Part shown: in pieces, positions 18,141-28,822 of the stretch | Layout of the letters: the number at the start of each line of letters is the position of its first letter | How positions within the stretch are numbered: the stretch's first letter is position 1 | Source of the DNA: Bacteroidaceae bacterium | GTDB lineage: Bacteria; Bacteroidota; Bacteroidia; Bacteroidales; Barnesiellaceae_A | Assembly: GCA_017935645.1 (NCBI GenBank) | Contig: JAGBHF010000073.1 | Coordinates: forward strand, 1-63,714 | Length of the DNA stretch: 63,714 nucleotides | Direction: 5' to 3' | Notes under the pieces: model-generated | The model's input: the letters and a program-made list of their open reading frames with translations, nothing else | The model's database searches: none | Told to the model about the DNA's origin: nothing | Translations under genes and position numbers: made by a program

Positions 18141-21100
18141 ATGAAAAGAATTTTGGCTTTTGTATTTTCTATATTGGCTGTTGTTTCGATTGCACAGCCT
18201 AAAGGTTACAATGATAAGTTGCAAGCCATTCAAGAGTATCCTCGCACAGTGGTCAAGGAGGCTCGTGTGGCTCTTGACGAGGCTGTGAAGGGTCATAAAT
18301 CGCCCGAAATGGTGGATGCTCTCATGTTATTGTCGGCAGCACAGTTGTTGCTCGATAGTGATAGTATCGAGTCGGTTATTGCCGAAATAGAGCGAGTGAT
18401 GAACCATTGCTCGGATGAGGTGGATCGTAGTGTTGTAGCTCTGTATTTGTGTGATGTGTATAATACATACCTGACCGATAATTATTATAAATACGCGCGT
18501 ACCTCATATATAAAAGGCAATAGCAATATTGCAACATGGAATGTCCGTAATTTCTATGACAAAATCGATTCGCTACAGCATGTGGCATTGCAACCTGTGC
18601 GTGCACTGCAAAAAACATCTATCTCGCACTATCAAAGTATTATTGGTGTTGAGGGGTATGATGGCGACAAAATGTTTAGTTGGGTCAAAAAATTTTATCC
18701 TACGATGTATGACTTTGTGGCATCGGTGATATATGAAGCAAATGTGGCGCGACGTGAGCAAAAGGAGCATCCGGACAGTGTGGTGGAAGCTCTGCTGGAT
18801 GACGTAATACGATACCATGAGAAGACAGGGAAGAAGGCTCCTGCGATGATGTGGAACTTGAAACGGTTGCAATACAATTATCGTATGACACAAGAATCCA
18901 ACAGCTATTTACAAGCGTTGGATGAACTTATATCTCGATATGCCCGACATGATTTTGTTGTAGAGGCTGTGATTACTCGATATACCCACACTATGCCCGA
19001 AACGCAACATGAGACACTGTCGGAATATAATGCATTGAAACAATGGATAGCACGTTATCCTCGCTATTATCGCATAGGTTGTTTGCAGGCAATGTGTGCC
19101 GACTTGTCGGCTGCGTCGGTTGCTGTTTCGATGCCTCATGCTGTATATCCCGCTGATTCGATTGTTGCCGATATCCGGTATCGCAACGTCGATAGCTTAG
19201 AGTGTGTGCTGTGGAAAAGCGATATTATGCATCCATTGCAAGGAGTGCCATATAACGAGGTAGAAAAATGGCAATGGGAGAAGGTGGAGCGTAAAACGAT
19301 TGCTTGCAAAGGTGTAGATTTCGACTTTTACGATGCGAAGGCTCTCTTTATACCTCAATCTCCCGGATTATATCGTATGACGATAGCTTCGAGTACCCAT
19401 AAGGATGAAGCACTCTTTGTCGTTACTCCTTATATGTTGTTGACGGTCGAGTCCACACCGGCTGAATCTTTTGCTATACTTGTGGATAGTAAAAGTGGTA
19501 AACCTGTTGTCGGTGAGGAAATAGTACTTACCAATCGTGCGGGAGAAGTATTGCAACAATCTATATCGGATATTAATGGTGTGTGTCGTTATGAGAGACC
19601 TGTTGTTGCAGGAACATATTATTTGCATCTTGCCGATGTAAAGAAGTATCCTTTTATGCAAAATTTGAGTTTTGCTTACCCCAAAACTGCTCGTGCAAAT
19701 GTTGAGGCTCGTGTATTTACCGATCGCCGATTGTACCGACCCGAGCAAACTTTCCACTTCTCGGCTATTGTGTATCGTATGGATAGCTCTTTGCGTCAGG
19801 TGCTTGCCAATGTCAATGTGAAAGCCAAGTTGTATGATAATGGTGGTAATGAGGTGTGGAATGGCAATTTTGTAACCGATAAATACGGTTCGTTACACGG
19901 TGAAATATCCTTGCCCGAAAAGGCTTCGTTGGGTAATTGGCGTTTGAGCGTCCAAGGTGATAATTTCTATGCTGTACAGAGTATAGATGTCATCGAATAC
20001 AAACGTCCGCAATTTGCTGTGGAGTGTAAAGATGTGGAGAGTGTATATAGCTATGGCGATAGTGTGCAAGTGAGTGGTAATGCCATGACCTATTCGGGCG
20101 CAGCAGTTGCATTTGCTCGGGTCGATTATGTGGTGCGTCAGTATGCTTACTTGTATGGCGAAGGCAGAGTAGTTGCGCAAGGTAATACATCGACCTCTGC
20201 CGGTGGCGATTTTGACTTCTCGTTCGTTACAGCCGAGCCTGAGGATATGTATGCTCGTATATGGGGCACTCGTTATGTTGCTGAGGTTACAGTTACATCA
20301 GCTACCGGCGAGAGTCAACAGGGCGAGACTCTCATTTCGGTGCCCGGCGTGGGTGTGAAGTTTACCACAAACATCCCCGACAAGGTGTGTCGTGATGAGG
20401 TTAACACCTTTGCTATAAGTGTTGTGAATGGTAGTGGTGTTGTGCAGCAATTACCTTATACATTGTCACTCTATCGCACCTTAGCAGAGGGGGTAGGTAG
20501 TAAGGAGTATATACGACAAGGTGTAGCCTTATGGCATGCCGATGGCGAGGGGTGCGACAGCAACTTGATACTGCCTTATGATACAATGCAGTCGGGAACT
20601 TATCGGTTGATGATGTCGACATATATGCAAGACGGTGTTCAAGTGACCGATAGTGTTGATTTTGTTTGTTATTCGCATGCCGATGTGCATCCTCCTGTGG
20701 CAGCGGAATTATGGTTGCCTACTGACCGATTTGAGGCTGTGAATGGCGATATAATTCACATTGCAGTAGGCTCGGCACTGCATAATGCCATGCTTTATTA
20801 TTTTATATCCGACGGCAATAACTCTATTGAGTACACTACTGTAGCACTTGATAATAGTATGACATCGGTGAAGCTGCCTTTCGATGCATCGTGCGATGAT
20901 GTGGTACAAGTAATATTTGTACTTGTTTATGATAATAAGGTGTATCGTAGACTTGTTACAGTGAGTCGTAAACAACCCGATATGCGCTTGACTATAACGC
21001 CTACAACTTTCCGTGACAAGACTCGACCGGGAAATCGCGAGACTTGGCAATTTACCGTGCGTGATGCTTTGGGTAGGCCTGTCGACGCGCTTTTTATGGC

Positions 21101-23783
21101 TGAAATGTACGATGCTTCACTCGATGCCTTACGAGCACATTCATGGCAATTCAATCCACGCTTTACCCCTTATGCACAATATATGTTGTCGGTCGATTAT
21201 TTCTGGTATCTTACAAGTACCGACTATGCCTACATCAATTATCGTAATGAATATGCCAATGCTCAATACATAAGTGGTATATCACCAATACTCCGTAGTT
21301 ATCTGATGTCGTATCATGGTGTAATGGGGGGCGCAGTGGCTTATCGTTCGATGGCGGTCAACAGTGTGATGACCAAAGAAACCATGGATGTTGATATGAT
21401 TGCCACAGAAGAGTCTGTGCTTGATGCCAATGTTACAGCTCCGGATGTGCCAGGTGCGTTGGAAAATACTGCAAGTGCCCGAAGTGAGTCTTTGGCCGTA
21501 ATAGATTATCGTGACGATATGGATGAAACGGCCTTTTTCTATCCGCATTTGGTTACGGATAAGGATGGTAATGTATCGGTGGAATTTACAGTACCCGAGT
21601 CCAATACTACATGGAATTTCCTCTCGTTGGCTGTTACACCGCAGTTGTACAATGGTATGTATACGGCATCGGTGGTATCATCAAAGCCCTTGATGGTGCA
21701 GCCCAATATGCCTCGTTTTGTGCGCCAAGGTGATAAAATAGTGCTTTCGACAGCTGTACACAACATGACCGATGAGGATATGCAAGGTGATGTGATTTTT
21801 ACATTGTATAACCCCGACGATGATAGTGTGATTGTCGTTGAGAGTAAGCAGTTTACCGCCCAAGCACAAGCCTCTACTTCGGTACAATTTGCAGTTTCTC
21901 TTCCCGATACGCTCTCGTTTGTGGGTGTACGTATAGGCGCCCAAACGGCAATGTATAGCGATGGAGAACAACACTTGTTGGCGGTATTACCATCAACAGA
22001 GGTTGTAACCGAGAGTAAGCCGTTCTACTTGTCGCCTGCGGTGTGTGATACGACTATTGTATTTGATGCCATGCGTGAGAAGATGGAGCGCGATAGTGTA
22101 CGCAATATGCGAGTTACACTTGAGTATTGCGATAATCCGGTGTGGTATGCTGTTACGGCATTGCCGTCATTGGCACAACCCAAGGATAAGAGTGTTATAT
22201 CGCTTATGGCGTCGCTATATGCCAATGTTGTGGCTACCGGTATTGTGGCACAAAATCTGGCTGTTGCTCAGGCTCTTGCCGAGTGGAGTAGAGGTGAAGG
22301 TGATAGGGTGCTTGTGTCGCAATTGGAGAAAAATGAGGAGCTGAAACAACTCTTGCTTAGTACAACACCATGGGCTTTGGAGGCTGCAACTGCTACCGAA
22401 CAACTACGGCAAATAGCATCGTTGCTTGATGAAAGTATGGCTCGCCGAATGGTACACGAGACTACAACTCAATTGCGCGATGAGCAACAATCGGATGGTG
22501 GATGGCCTTGGTTCAATGGCATGCGTTCATCATTTACTATTACACTGAATGTAGTAGCCGGATTGTCGCGGATAATGCAGTGGGGTGATATTGGTAATAC
22601 AGAGCAGTTGGCGATGATGAAAATCGATGCATTGCGTTACCTCGATGCTGAGTATCTGCGTCGCAATAAAGAGTATCCCGAGCAATTGGATTATCAGGAC
22701 TTGTGCTATTTATATGTGCGTAGTGCAACGCTTGATGTGCCTATGACGTCCGAACTTCGCTCTTTGTGTAATCAACAACTCGATACAATAGCGTCACAAT
22801 GGTATAAGTTGGATGAAATAGAAAAGGCTTATGCCGCTGTTGCGTTATACAGCAATGGGAAAAAACAGGTGGCTGAGAATATTATCAACTCTCTGCGTGA
22901 GTATGCCGTGGTGTCGTCAGTGCAAGGCATGTATTGGCCCAACAACCGTAGTAATACATTCTATCGCAATAGTGCTGTGCAAGTCCATTGTGCAATATAT
23001 GAGGCTTTTGCTATGGTGTCGCCTCGTACTGACGAGTCGGATAATATGCGACAATGGTTGCTTTTGCAGAAACAAACCCAGGAATGGGATAATGTGCCAT
23101 CGACCCTCGATGCTGTAAATATCCTACTCGCATCAGGCTCACGTTGGTTGCTTGATAATAAACCGGCAACTATAGCATGGGGTAATGCACCGTTACCTGA
23201 AACCACGCAAGCCGAGCAGATAATGGGGTATGAAAAATATGTGCGAGAAGGAGAAATGATAAATCCTTCGGATGCAACCGTGTGTGTTAAGGAGCATAGC
23301 AACAAGCCATCGTGGGGTGCTATATATTGGCAATACAGTGATGATGTAAACAATATTGATTCCTATGCTACCGATGAATTAAGCATTGAGCGTAATTACT
23401 ATGTTGAGCGCGGAAGCGGCTTAGTACCTATTGAAAGTACGGCAATAAAAGTAGGAGACATAGTAACAGTGCGCATGACAATAACAGCAATGCGAGATAT
23501 GCAGTATATGGCATTGGTCGATTCACGACCGGCATGTTTCGAGCCACAGAAGCAGTTGCCACAGTACAAATACTCGCAAGGGGTGTGGTATTATGAAGTA
23601 CCCGGAGATGCCGGTACGGCAATCTATATAGAACACCTGCCACGCGGTGTATATGTAATAGAGTATAATGTATATGCCGACCGCCTGGGAACATATCATT
23701 CCGGCATTGCAACATTACAAAGCTATTATGCACCTCAATTTACATCGCATACATCCGGCACAACAATTACCGTATCACAATAG
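18141..23783 (+). CDS. Bacterial alpha-2-macroglobulin family protein (MG2 domains; no CxEQ thioester motif)
   Basis: SPI signal MKRILAFVFSILAVVSIAQ, FTDRRLYRPEQ, IEYKRPQF, EMYDASLDAL, ETAFFYPHL, QPNMPRFVRQGD, DSRPACFEP, ATLQSYYAPQF. Confidence 0.92.
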   Translation: MKRILAFVFSILAVVSIAQPKGYNDKLQAIQEYPRTVVKEARVALDEAVKGHKSPEMVDALMLLSAAQLLLDSDSIESVIAEIERVMNHCSDEVDRSVVALYLCDVYNTYLTDNYYKYARTSYIKGNSNIATWNVRNFYDKIDSLQHVALQPVRALQKTSISHYQSIIGVEGYDGDKMFSWVKKFYPTMYDFVASVIYEANVARREQKEHPDSVVEALLDDVIRYHEKTGKKAPAMMWNLKRLQYNYRMTQESNSYLQALDELISRYARHDFVVEAVITRYTHTMPETQHETLSEYNALKQWIARYPRYYRIGCLQAMCADLSAASVAVSMPHAVYPADSIVADIRYRNVDSLECVLWKSDIMHPLQGVPYNEVEKWQWEKVERKTIACKGVDFDFYDAKALFIPQSPGLYRMTIASSTHKDEALFVVTPYMLLTVESTPAESFAILVDSKSGKPVVGEEIVLTNRAGEVLQQSISDINGVCRYERPVVAGTYYLHLADVKKYPFMQNLSFAYPKTARANVEARVFTDRRLYRPEQTFHFSAIVYRMDSSLRQVLANVNVKAKLYDNGGNEVWNGNFVTDKYGSLHGEISLPEKASLGNWRLSVQGDNFYAVQSIDVIEYKRPQFAVECKDVESVYSYGDSVQVSGNAMTYSGAAVAFARVDYVVRQYAYLYGEGRVVAQGNTSTSAGGDFDFSFVTAEPEDMYARIWGTRYVAEVTVTSATGESQQGETLISVPGVGVKFTTNIPDKVCRDEVNTFAISVVNGSGVVQQLPYTLSLYRTLAEGVGSKEYIRQGVALWHADGEGCDSNLILPYDTMQSGTYRLMMSTYMQDGVQVTDSVDFVCYSHADVHPPVAAELWLPTDRFEAVNGDIIHIAVGSALHNAMLYYFISDGNNSIEYTTVALDNSMTSVKLPFDASCDDVVQVIFVLVYDNKVYRRLVTVSRKQPDMRLTITPTTFRDKTRPGNRETWQFTVRDALGRPVDALFMAEMYDASLDALRAHSWQFNPRFTPYAQYMLSVDYFWYLTSTDYAYINYRNEYANAQYISGISPILRSYLMSYHGVMGGAVAYRSMAVNSVMTKETMDVDMIATEESVLDANVTAPDVPGALENTASARSESLAVIDYRDDMDETAFFYPHLVTDKDGNVSVEFTVPESNTTWNFLSLAVTPQLYNGMYTASVVSSKPLMVQPNMPRFVRQGDKIVLSTAVHNMTDEDMQGDVIFTLYNPDDDSVIVVESKQFTAQAQASTSVQFAVSLPDTLSFVGVRIGAQTAMYSDGEQHLLAVLPSTEVVTESKPFYLSPAVCDTTIVFDAMREKMERDSVRNMRVTLEYCDNPVWYAVTALPSLAQPKDKSVISLMASLYANVVATGIVAQNLAVAQALAEWSRGEGDRVLVSQLEKNEELKQLLLSTTPWALEAATATEQLRQIASLLDESMARRMVHETTTQLRDEQQSDGGWPWFNGMRSSFTITLNVVAGLSRIMQWGDIGNTEQLAMMKIDALRYLDAEYLRRNKEYPEQLDYQDLCYLYVRSATLDVPMTSELRSLCNQQLDTIASQWYKLDEIEKAYAAVALYSNGKKQVAENIINSLREYAVVSSVQGMYWPNNRSNTFYRNSAVQVHCAIYEAFAMVSPRTDESDNMRQWLLLQKQTQEWDNVPSTLDAVNILLASGSRWLLDNKPATIAWGNAPLPETTQAEQIMGYEKYVREGEMINPSDATVCVKEHSNKPSWGAIYWQYSDDVNNIDSYATDELSIERNYYVERGSGLVPIESTAIKVGDIVTVRMTITAMRDMQYMALVDSRPACFEPQKQLPQYKYSQGVWYYEVPGDAGTAIYIEHLPRGVYVIEYNVYADRLGTYHSGIATLQSYYAPQFTSHTSGTTITVSQ

Positions 23784-23797
23784 GTATGAGCCTGACT

Positions 23798-23837
23798 GAA
23801 AAAAAACAGCGGATTGAGGAGCCCCTCAATCCGCTGT
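23798..23837 (-). terminator. Terminator after rmlB (possibly bidirectional)
   Basis: 14-bp stem acagcggattgagg/cctcaatccgctgt with A9 on the left (T9 on the minus strand). Confidence 0.85.
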
Positions 23838-23862
23838 CGCTTTGTGGTGGTATTATATACGA

Positions 23863-24990
23863 TTACAATTTGTACATATTTTCATAATACTTTTGGTAGT
23901 CGCCACTGGTGACGTTGTCCATCCACTCTTGGTTGTCTAAATACCAGCGGACGGTCTTTTCGATGCCTTCCTCAAATTGCAATGAGGGTTCCCAGCCGAG
24001 CTCTTTTTGCAACTTGGTCGAGTCGATGGCGTAGCGGGCGTCGTGGCCAAGACGGTCGGTAACGTAGGTGATAAGGTCCAACGAGTAACCCTCGGGGTTA
24101 CCTAAGATGCGGTCGACGGTCTTTATCATTACCTTTATCAAGTCGATGTTCTTCCACTCGTTGAAGCCACCGATGTTGTAGGTCTCGGCTATCTTGCCTT
24201 CGTGGAAGATGAGGTCGATAGCTCGGGCGTGATCCTCAACATACAACCAGTCGCGCACATTCTCGCCCTTACCATACACGGGCAGAGGTTTGCGATGGCG
24301 AATGTTGTTGATAAACAACGGTATCAACTTCTCGGGAAATTGATAGGGGCCATAGTTATTCGAGCAGTTGGTAACGATGGTGGGCATACCGTAGGTGTCG
24401 TGGTAGGCGCGTACAAAGTGGTCGCTCGAGGCCTTGGCTGCCGAGTAGGGGCTGTGGGGATTGTACTTTGTTGTCTCGTAGAAGAAGTCGTCGCCATAGG
24501 CTTTATGACCCTCTGACGAGGCTACCGTCTTAAACGGGGGCTCGATGCCCTCGGGATGGTTCATCTTCAATGCGCCGTAAACCTCGTCGGTAGAGATATG
24601 GTAGAAGCGCTTGCCCTCATATCCTTCAGGAAGACTTTCCCAATAGAGCTTAGCGGCCTGCAAAAGCGCGAGTGTACCCATAACATTGGTTTGCGCAAAA
24701 GTAAACGGGTCTTTAATCGAGCGGTCCACGTGACTCTCGGCGGCGAGGTGGATAATGCCGTCAATCTTCTCATCCTGCATAAGCTTGTAGAAGGACTCGA
24801 AGTCGCAAATATCCATCTTTACGAACTTATAATTGGGCTTATTCTCAATATCCTTGAGGTTGGCCAAGTTACCGGCATAGGTGAGCTTATCGAGGTTGAT
24901 GATGTTATACTCGGGGTACTTGTTCACGAACAAACGCACTACATGCGAACCGATAAAACCGGCACCACCGGTGATGACGATATTTTTCAT
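23863..24990 (-). CDS. rfbB: dTDP-glucose 4,6-dehydratase
   Basis: TGGAGFIGSH, LAAESHVDRSI, HISTDEVYG, YSAAK, SNNYGPYQFPEKLIP. Confidence 0.96.
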   Translation of the reverse strand: MKNIVITGGAGFIGSHVVRLFVNKYPEYNIINLDKLTYAGNLANLKDIENKPNYKFVKMDICDFESFYKLMQDEKIDGIIHLAAESHVDRSIKDPFTFAQTNVMGTLALLQAAKLYWESLPEGYEGKRFYHISTDEVYGALKMNHPEGIEPPFKTVASSEGHKAYGDDFFYETTKYNPHSPYSAAKASSDHFVRAYHDTYGMPTIVTNCSNNYGPYQFPEKLIPLFINNIRHRKPLPVYGKGENVRDWLYVEDHARAIDLIFHEGKIAETYNIGGFNEWKNIDLIKVMIKTVDRILGNPEGYSLDLITYVTDRLGHDARYAIDSTKLQKELGWEPSLQFEEGIEKTVRWYLDNQEWMDNVTSGDYQKYYENMYKL

Positions 24991-24995
24991 AGTAG

Positions 24996-25886
24996 TTATT
25001 GCTTTTTAAGGTTAGAAATACATTTTTTGAGGGAGTCGGTCCAGTATGGTACATTGACACCAAACACCTCTTTGATTTTGGTTTTGTCTAAAACCGAGTA
25101 AGATGGACGAGTAACAGGGCTGGGGAACTCATTGCTATGGCAAGGTTGTACATCGCAGTCGGTAGTCCCATTATATTCGGCAATCATTTTTGTGAAGTCA
25201 AACCACGAGCAAACACCTTCGTTGGAATAGTGGTAAACTCCTGTTTGCGAGCCATCGAATTTTTCAATCACAACAGCAATAGCACGAGCCAAGTCGAGCG
25301 CGTAAGTAGGTGTGCCAACTTGGTCAAATACAACCTTCAGTTGAGGTTTGGTTGCTGTCAGGTTCATCATTGTCTTGCAAAAGTTCTTGCCAAACTCCGA
25401 GTATAGCCAAGCCGTGCGGATAATAATGTGGTTGCAACCGGTAGCTATAATGCGTTGTTCGCCATGCAATTTGGTAAGGCCATATACGCCTGTGGGCGTA
25501 CCTTTTTGGTCTTCTTTACAAGGTATGTTATAAGGCTCTTTGCCAAAAACGTAATCGGTAGATATCTGAATAAGAAGTCCGTTAACCTCTTTCATGGCTA
25601 TTGCCAAATTTTCGGGTGCAGTGGCATTGAGCTTTTCGGCAAACTCCTCATTGGTTTCAGCAGCATCGACATTGGTATATGCAGCACAATTGACAATCGT
25701 GTCGACATTGTTGTCGACAACCATCTTGCGTACAGCCGCCAAGTCGGTGATGTCGAGATATGTTGTTTCTACGCCCTCTACCTCGTTGACGTCGGTGAAA
25801 ATATAGCGATTATTGCTACTTTGAGCAACAATACGCATTTCGTTTCCCAATTGGCCGTTGGCTCCTGTTATAAGTATTGTTTTCAT
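24996..25886 (-). CDS. rfbD: dTDP-4-dehydrorhamnose reductase
   Basis: TGANGQLG, NCAAYTNVDAAE, ISTDYVF, YGLTKLHGE, RTAWLYS, DQVGTPT. Confidence 0.95.
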   Translation of the reverse strand: MKTILITGANGQLGNEMRIVAQSSNNRYIFTDVNEVEGVETTYLDITDLAAVRKMVVDNNVDTIVNCAAYTNVDAAETNEEFAEKLNATAPENLAIAMKEVNGLLIQISTDYVFGKEPYNIPCKEDQKGTPTGVYGLTKLHGEQRIIATGCNHIIIRTAWLYSEFGKNFCKTMMNLTATKPQLKVVFDQVGTPTYALDLARAIAVVIEKFDGSQTGVYHYSNEGVCSWFDFTKMIAEYNGTTDCDVQPCHSNEFPSPVTRPSYSVLDKTKIKEVFGVNVPYWTDSLKKCISNLKKQ

Positions 25887-25891
25887 ATAAC

Positions 25892-26473
25892 TTAATCAAA
25901 CTCGGGATAGAGGTTAACGTTGTAATCAAACGGTGTGTCAAAATCTTTCAGACACATGTGCTTGATATCTTTCTCCGAAAGGATAGCCTTGTCAGTGGGA
26001 ATTTGCCAATCGATACCAAGACTATCATCCATGATGCTGATGCCACCATCGGCCTCAGGCGCGTAGAAGTTGTCGCATTTATATTGGAAGACTGCTGTTT
26101 CGCTCAATACGGCAAATCCATGTGCAAATCCACGCGGAACGAAGAATTGACGGTGGTTTTCCTCGCTCAGTTCAACGGCTACATGATGTCCGAATGTGGG
26201 TGAGCCTTTGCGAATGTCTACTGCAACATCCAATACGCGACCCTTCACACAACGTACCAATTTGCTTTGTGTAAAAGGTGGACGTTGGAAATGCAGGCCA
26301 CGCATTACGCCGTAGCTCGACATGCTTTCGTTGTCTTGTACAAAGTTTATCTTACGAACTTTCTCTTCAAACTCTCGTTGCGAGAAGCTCTCGAAGAAAT
26401 ATCCTCTTGCATCCTTAAATACTTTGGGCTCAATAATTACCAAGCCCTCAATAGCGGTTTTTATTACTTCCAT
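25892..26473 (-). CDS. rfbC: dTDP-4-dehydrorhamnose 3,5-epimerase
   Basis: DARGYFFES, FVQDNES, RGLHFQ, VAVDIRKGSPTFG, GFAHGF. Confidence 0.95.
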   Translation of the reverse strand: MEVIKTAIEGLVIIEPKVFKDARGYFFESFSQREFEEKVRKINFVQDNESMSSYGVMRGLHFQRPPFTQSKLVRCVKGRVLDVAVDIRKGSPTFGHHVAVELSEENHRQFFVPRGFAHGFAVLSETAVFQYKCDNFYAPEADGGISIMDDSLGIDWQIPTDKAILSEKDIKHMCLKDFDTPFDYNVNLYPEFD

Positions 26474-26475
26474 GA

Positions 26476-27381
26476 TTAATCCAGATTGGGTTTTCCGGTC
26501 TCTTTAAGCTCGTCTATTACTTTAATCAAGTATTGGCCATATTGGTTCTTAATCATAGGTTGTGCCAATTGGCGCATACGTTCTTCGTCAATCCAGCCCT
26601 GACGATAAGCGATGCCTTCAAGGCATGCAACCTTGAGACCTTGACGTTTCTCAAGAACCTCAATATATGTCGATGCCTCTGATAGTGAATCGTGTGTACC
26701 GGTATCGAGCCAAGCAAAACCACGACCGAGGGTTTGTACCTTCAACTCGCCATCGGCCAAGAATTGTTGGTTGACAGTTGTAATTTCATACTCACCACGA
26801 GCCGAGGGCTTGATGTTTCGTGCAACCTCAACAACCTTATTGGGATAGAAATAAAGGCCTACTACAGCGTAGTTGCTTTTGGGATTAGCCGGTTTTTCCT
26901 CTATCGAGAGACAGTTGCCATTCTTGTCAAATTCGGCAACACCATAGCGTTCGGGGTCATTTACCCAGTAACCAAATACTGTTGCTTTTTGTTCCTCATC
27001 GGCAGTGCGAACTGCTTCTTTGAGCATTGCAGTAAAGCCTGCACCATGGAAAATATTGTCTCCTAAAACAAGACAAGCACTATCATTGCCAATGAAGTCG
27101 GCACCGATAGTAAAGGCTTGGGCCAATCCGTCGGGCGAAGGTTGTTCGGCATACTCAAAGTGCACTCCATAGTCCGAGCCGTCACCCAATAGACGCTTAA
27201 ATCCGGGTAAGTCATGAGGGGTAGAAATAATCAAAATATCTCTGATACCGGCCAGCATCAACACTGAGATGGGATAGTATACCATGGGTTTATCATAGAT
27301 AGGCATCAATTGCTTTGAAATACCTTTTGTGATGGGATACAATCGAGTACCGCTACCACCTGCGAGGACGATTCCTTTCAT
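26476..27381 (-). CDS. rfbA: Glucose-1-phosphate thymidylyltransferase
   Basis: [46 protein letters not shown]. Confidence 0.97.
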   Translation of the reverse strand: MKGIVLAGGSGTRLYPITKGISKQLMPIYDKPMVYYPISVLMLAGIRDILIISTPHDLPGFKRLLGDGSDYGVHFEYAEQPSPDGLAQAFTIGADFIGNDSACLVLGDNIFHGAGFTAMLKEAVRTADEEQKATVFGYWVNDPERYGVAEFDKNGNCLSIEEKPANPKSNYAVVGLYFYPNKVVEVARNIKPSARGEYEITTVNQQFLADGELKVQTLGRGFAWLDTGTHDSLSEASTYIEVLEKRQGLKVACLEGIAYRQGWIDEERMRQLAQPMIKNQYGQYLIKVIDELKETGKPNLD

Positions 27382-27425
27382 AAGAAGATGTTTTATTGGG
27401 TTATTAATTTAATATATTCTTTTAT

Positions 27426-27465
27426 AAAACTGTGCGTAATAAACAAATTCTGTTTGTTACGCACA
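27426..27465 (-). terminator. Terminator-like hairpin between wecA-like gene and rfbA
   Basis: tgtgcgtaataaaca/tgtttgttacgcaca 15-bp imperfect stem, followed by gtttt on the minus strand. Confidence 0.6.
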
Positions 27466-27489
27466 TAGTATGTATGTTTTGGTATATAA

Positions 27490-28683
27490 TTATTTATACA
27501 ATTCTCTTATCTCTTTGTCGGTAGATTTGTCTACAATTTCTTGAATCTTTTTCCAAGTTGCTTTGTTTGTTGTTTGAGTCTTTTGACCTAACTTGTGCAA
27601 AGTGTGATATAGATTGTTTTCTTTTCTTATATGTCTTTGAGTGGTGGGGTAGAAGACAAATGTTATAAGTACCCCTAATGCTATAACAATGTATAGCTGG
27701 ATATCAATTGATAAACCTACTTTATAGGCAATGAACCAACAAAGTACCACAAAAAGATTCATACTTATAATAGATATTGTCGTACCCCAATGAGAAAATC
27801 CTAATTCGATAAAAAGGTGATGTAGGTGTGTCTTATCGGCACTGAAAGGCGAGTTGCCCCTAATTATGCGCATTGTCATTACTCTTAAAGTGTCGAAAAT
27901 AGGAATACACATAACCGCCAATGTAAATGGGATAAGACCTAATTGGGGGTCAAAACTTTCATTTAATGTGTATGGTGAAAGAATATTTATTACGAAGATG
28001 GAGAAGATAATACCCAATGATAAGGTTCCGGCATCACCGATAAACATCTTAGAGTGTTTGCCGAATACATTGTGTAGGAAGAATGGTATGAGTGATGCTG
28101 CAACGATGGCCGCAAGTGCCGCCATGCGAATGTTGCCCATTGAGTAAAAAACAACGCCAAAAATAATGCTCGAAACAATCGTGTAACCCGATGAATATCC
28201 GTCTACACCATCTATGAGGTTTATTGCATTGATAATACCAACGCTGGCAAATATAGTGAGTGGTATAGCCACGTATGTGGGGATGGTTGTTATGCCCCAC
28301 AAACCGTGAAATTCGCTTATCTGTTTTCCCGACACCAAGATTATGTATAGAATCAATATTATCTCTATAATAAATCTTACCTTGGGCGATAGCGATATGG
28401 TATCATCAATAAATCCTACTATCATGATGATAATGATTGCAGCAAACACAGGGAACATATCGTAGAATGTTCCGAGATATTTGAAGCTCATTATTCCTGC
28501 CATAATACCAAATACCACAGTGAGACCACCCAATACAGGTACGGGCACACGTTGCAACTTGCGTGCATCCGGATTATCTACAATGTTTTTGGTTAATGCA
28601 ACCTTAAGTATGTATGGATATATCCACGACGTACATAGTAAGGCTACAACTGCAGAAATGATGATAGTTGTAAAATCGTTCAT
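27490..28683 (-). CDS. MraY/WecA family (GT4) polyprenyl-phosphate sugar-1-phosphate transferase
   Basis: DNPDARKLQRVPVPVLGG, GFIDD, NAINLIDGVDG, FIGDAG, ADKTHLHH. Confidence 0.92.
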   Translation of the reverse strand: MNDFTTIIISAVVALLCTSWIYPYILKVALTKNIVDNPDARKLQRVPVPVLGGLTVVFGIMAGIMSFKYLGTFYDMFPVFAAIIIIMIVGFIDDTISLSPKVRFIIEIILILYIILVSGKQISEFHGLWGITTIPTYVAIPLTIFASVGIINAINLIDGVDGYSSGYTIVSSIIFGVVFYSMGNIRMAALAAIVAASLIPFFLHNVFGKHSKMFIGDAGTLSLGIIFSIFVINILSPYTLNESFDPQLGLIPFTLAVMCIPIFDTLRVMTMRIIRGNSPFSADKTHLHHLFIELGFSHWGTTISIISMNLFVVLCWFIAYKVGLSIDIQLYIVIALGVLITFVFYPTTQRHIRKENNLYHTLHKLGQKTQTTNKATWKKIQEIVDKSTDKEIRELYK

Positions 28684-28790
28684 AACATTCGTCGTTAGTT
28701 ATCTATTCAACCAAGCTTTGTAATTGTTGTTCAGTGGGCTTAAATTCCACATTGAATGCTCTCGTTGTATAGCTTGGACATTATTCAAGG

Positions 28791-28822
28791 CAAATTTACA
28801 TATTATAATATTAATTACCAAA
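28791..28822 (-). promoter_or_regulatory. Complete Bacteroidetes promoter for wecA-like gene
   Basis: TTTG (28819-28822), 20-nt spacer, TAaaTTTG (28791-28798) on the minus strand; canonical spacing. Confidence 0.75.

Noticed and set aside
18081-23733. Numerous 60-130 aa ORFs overlapping the alpha-2-macroglobulin gene
   Set aside because: No recognisable motifs; the number expected by chance within a long gene.
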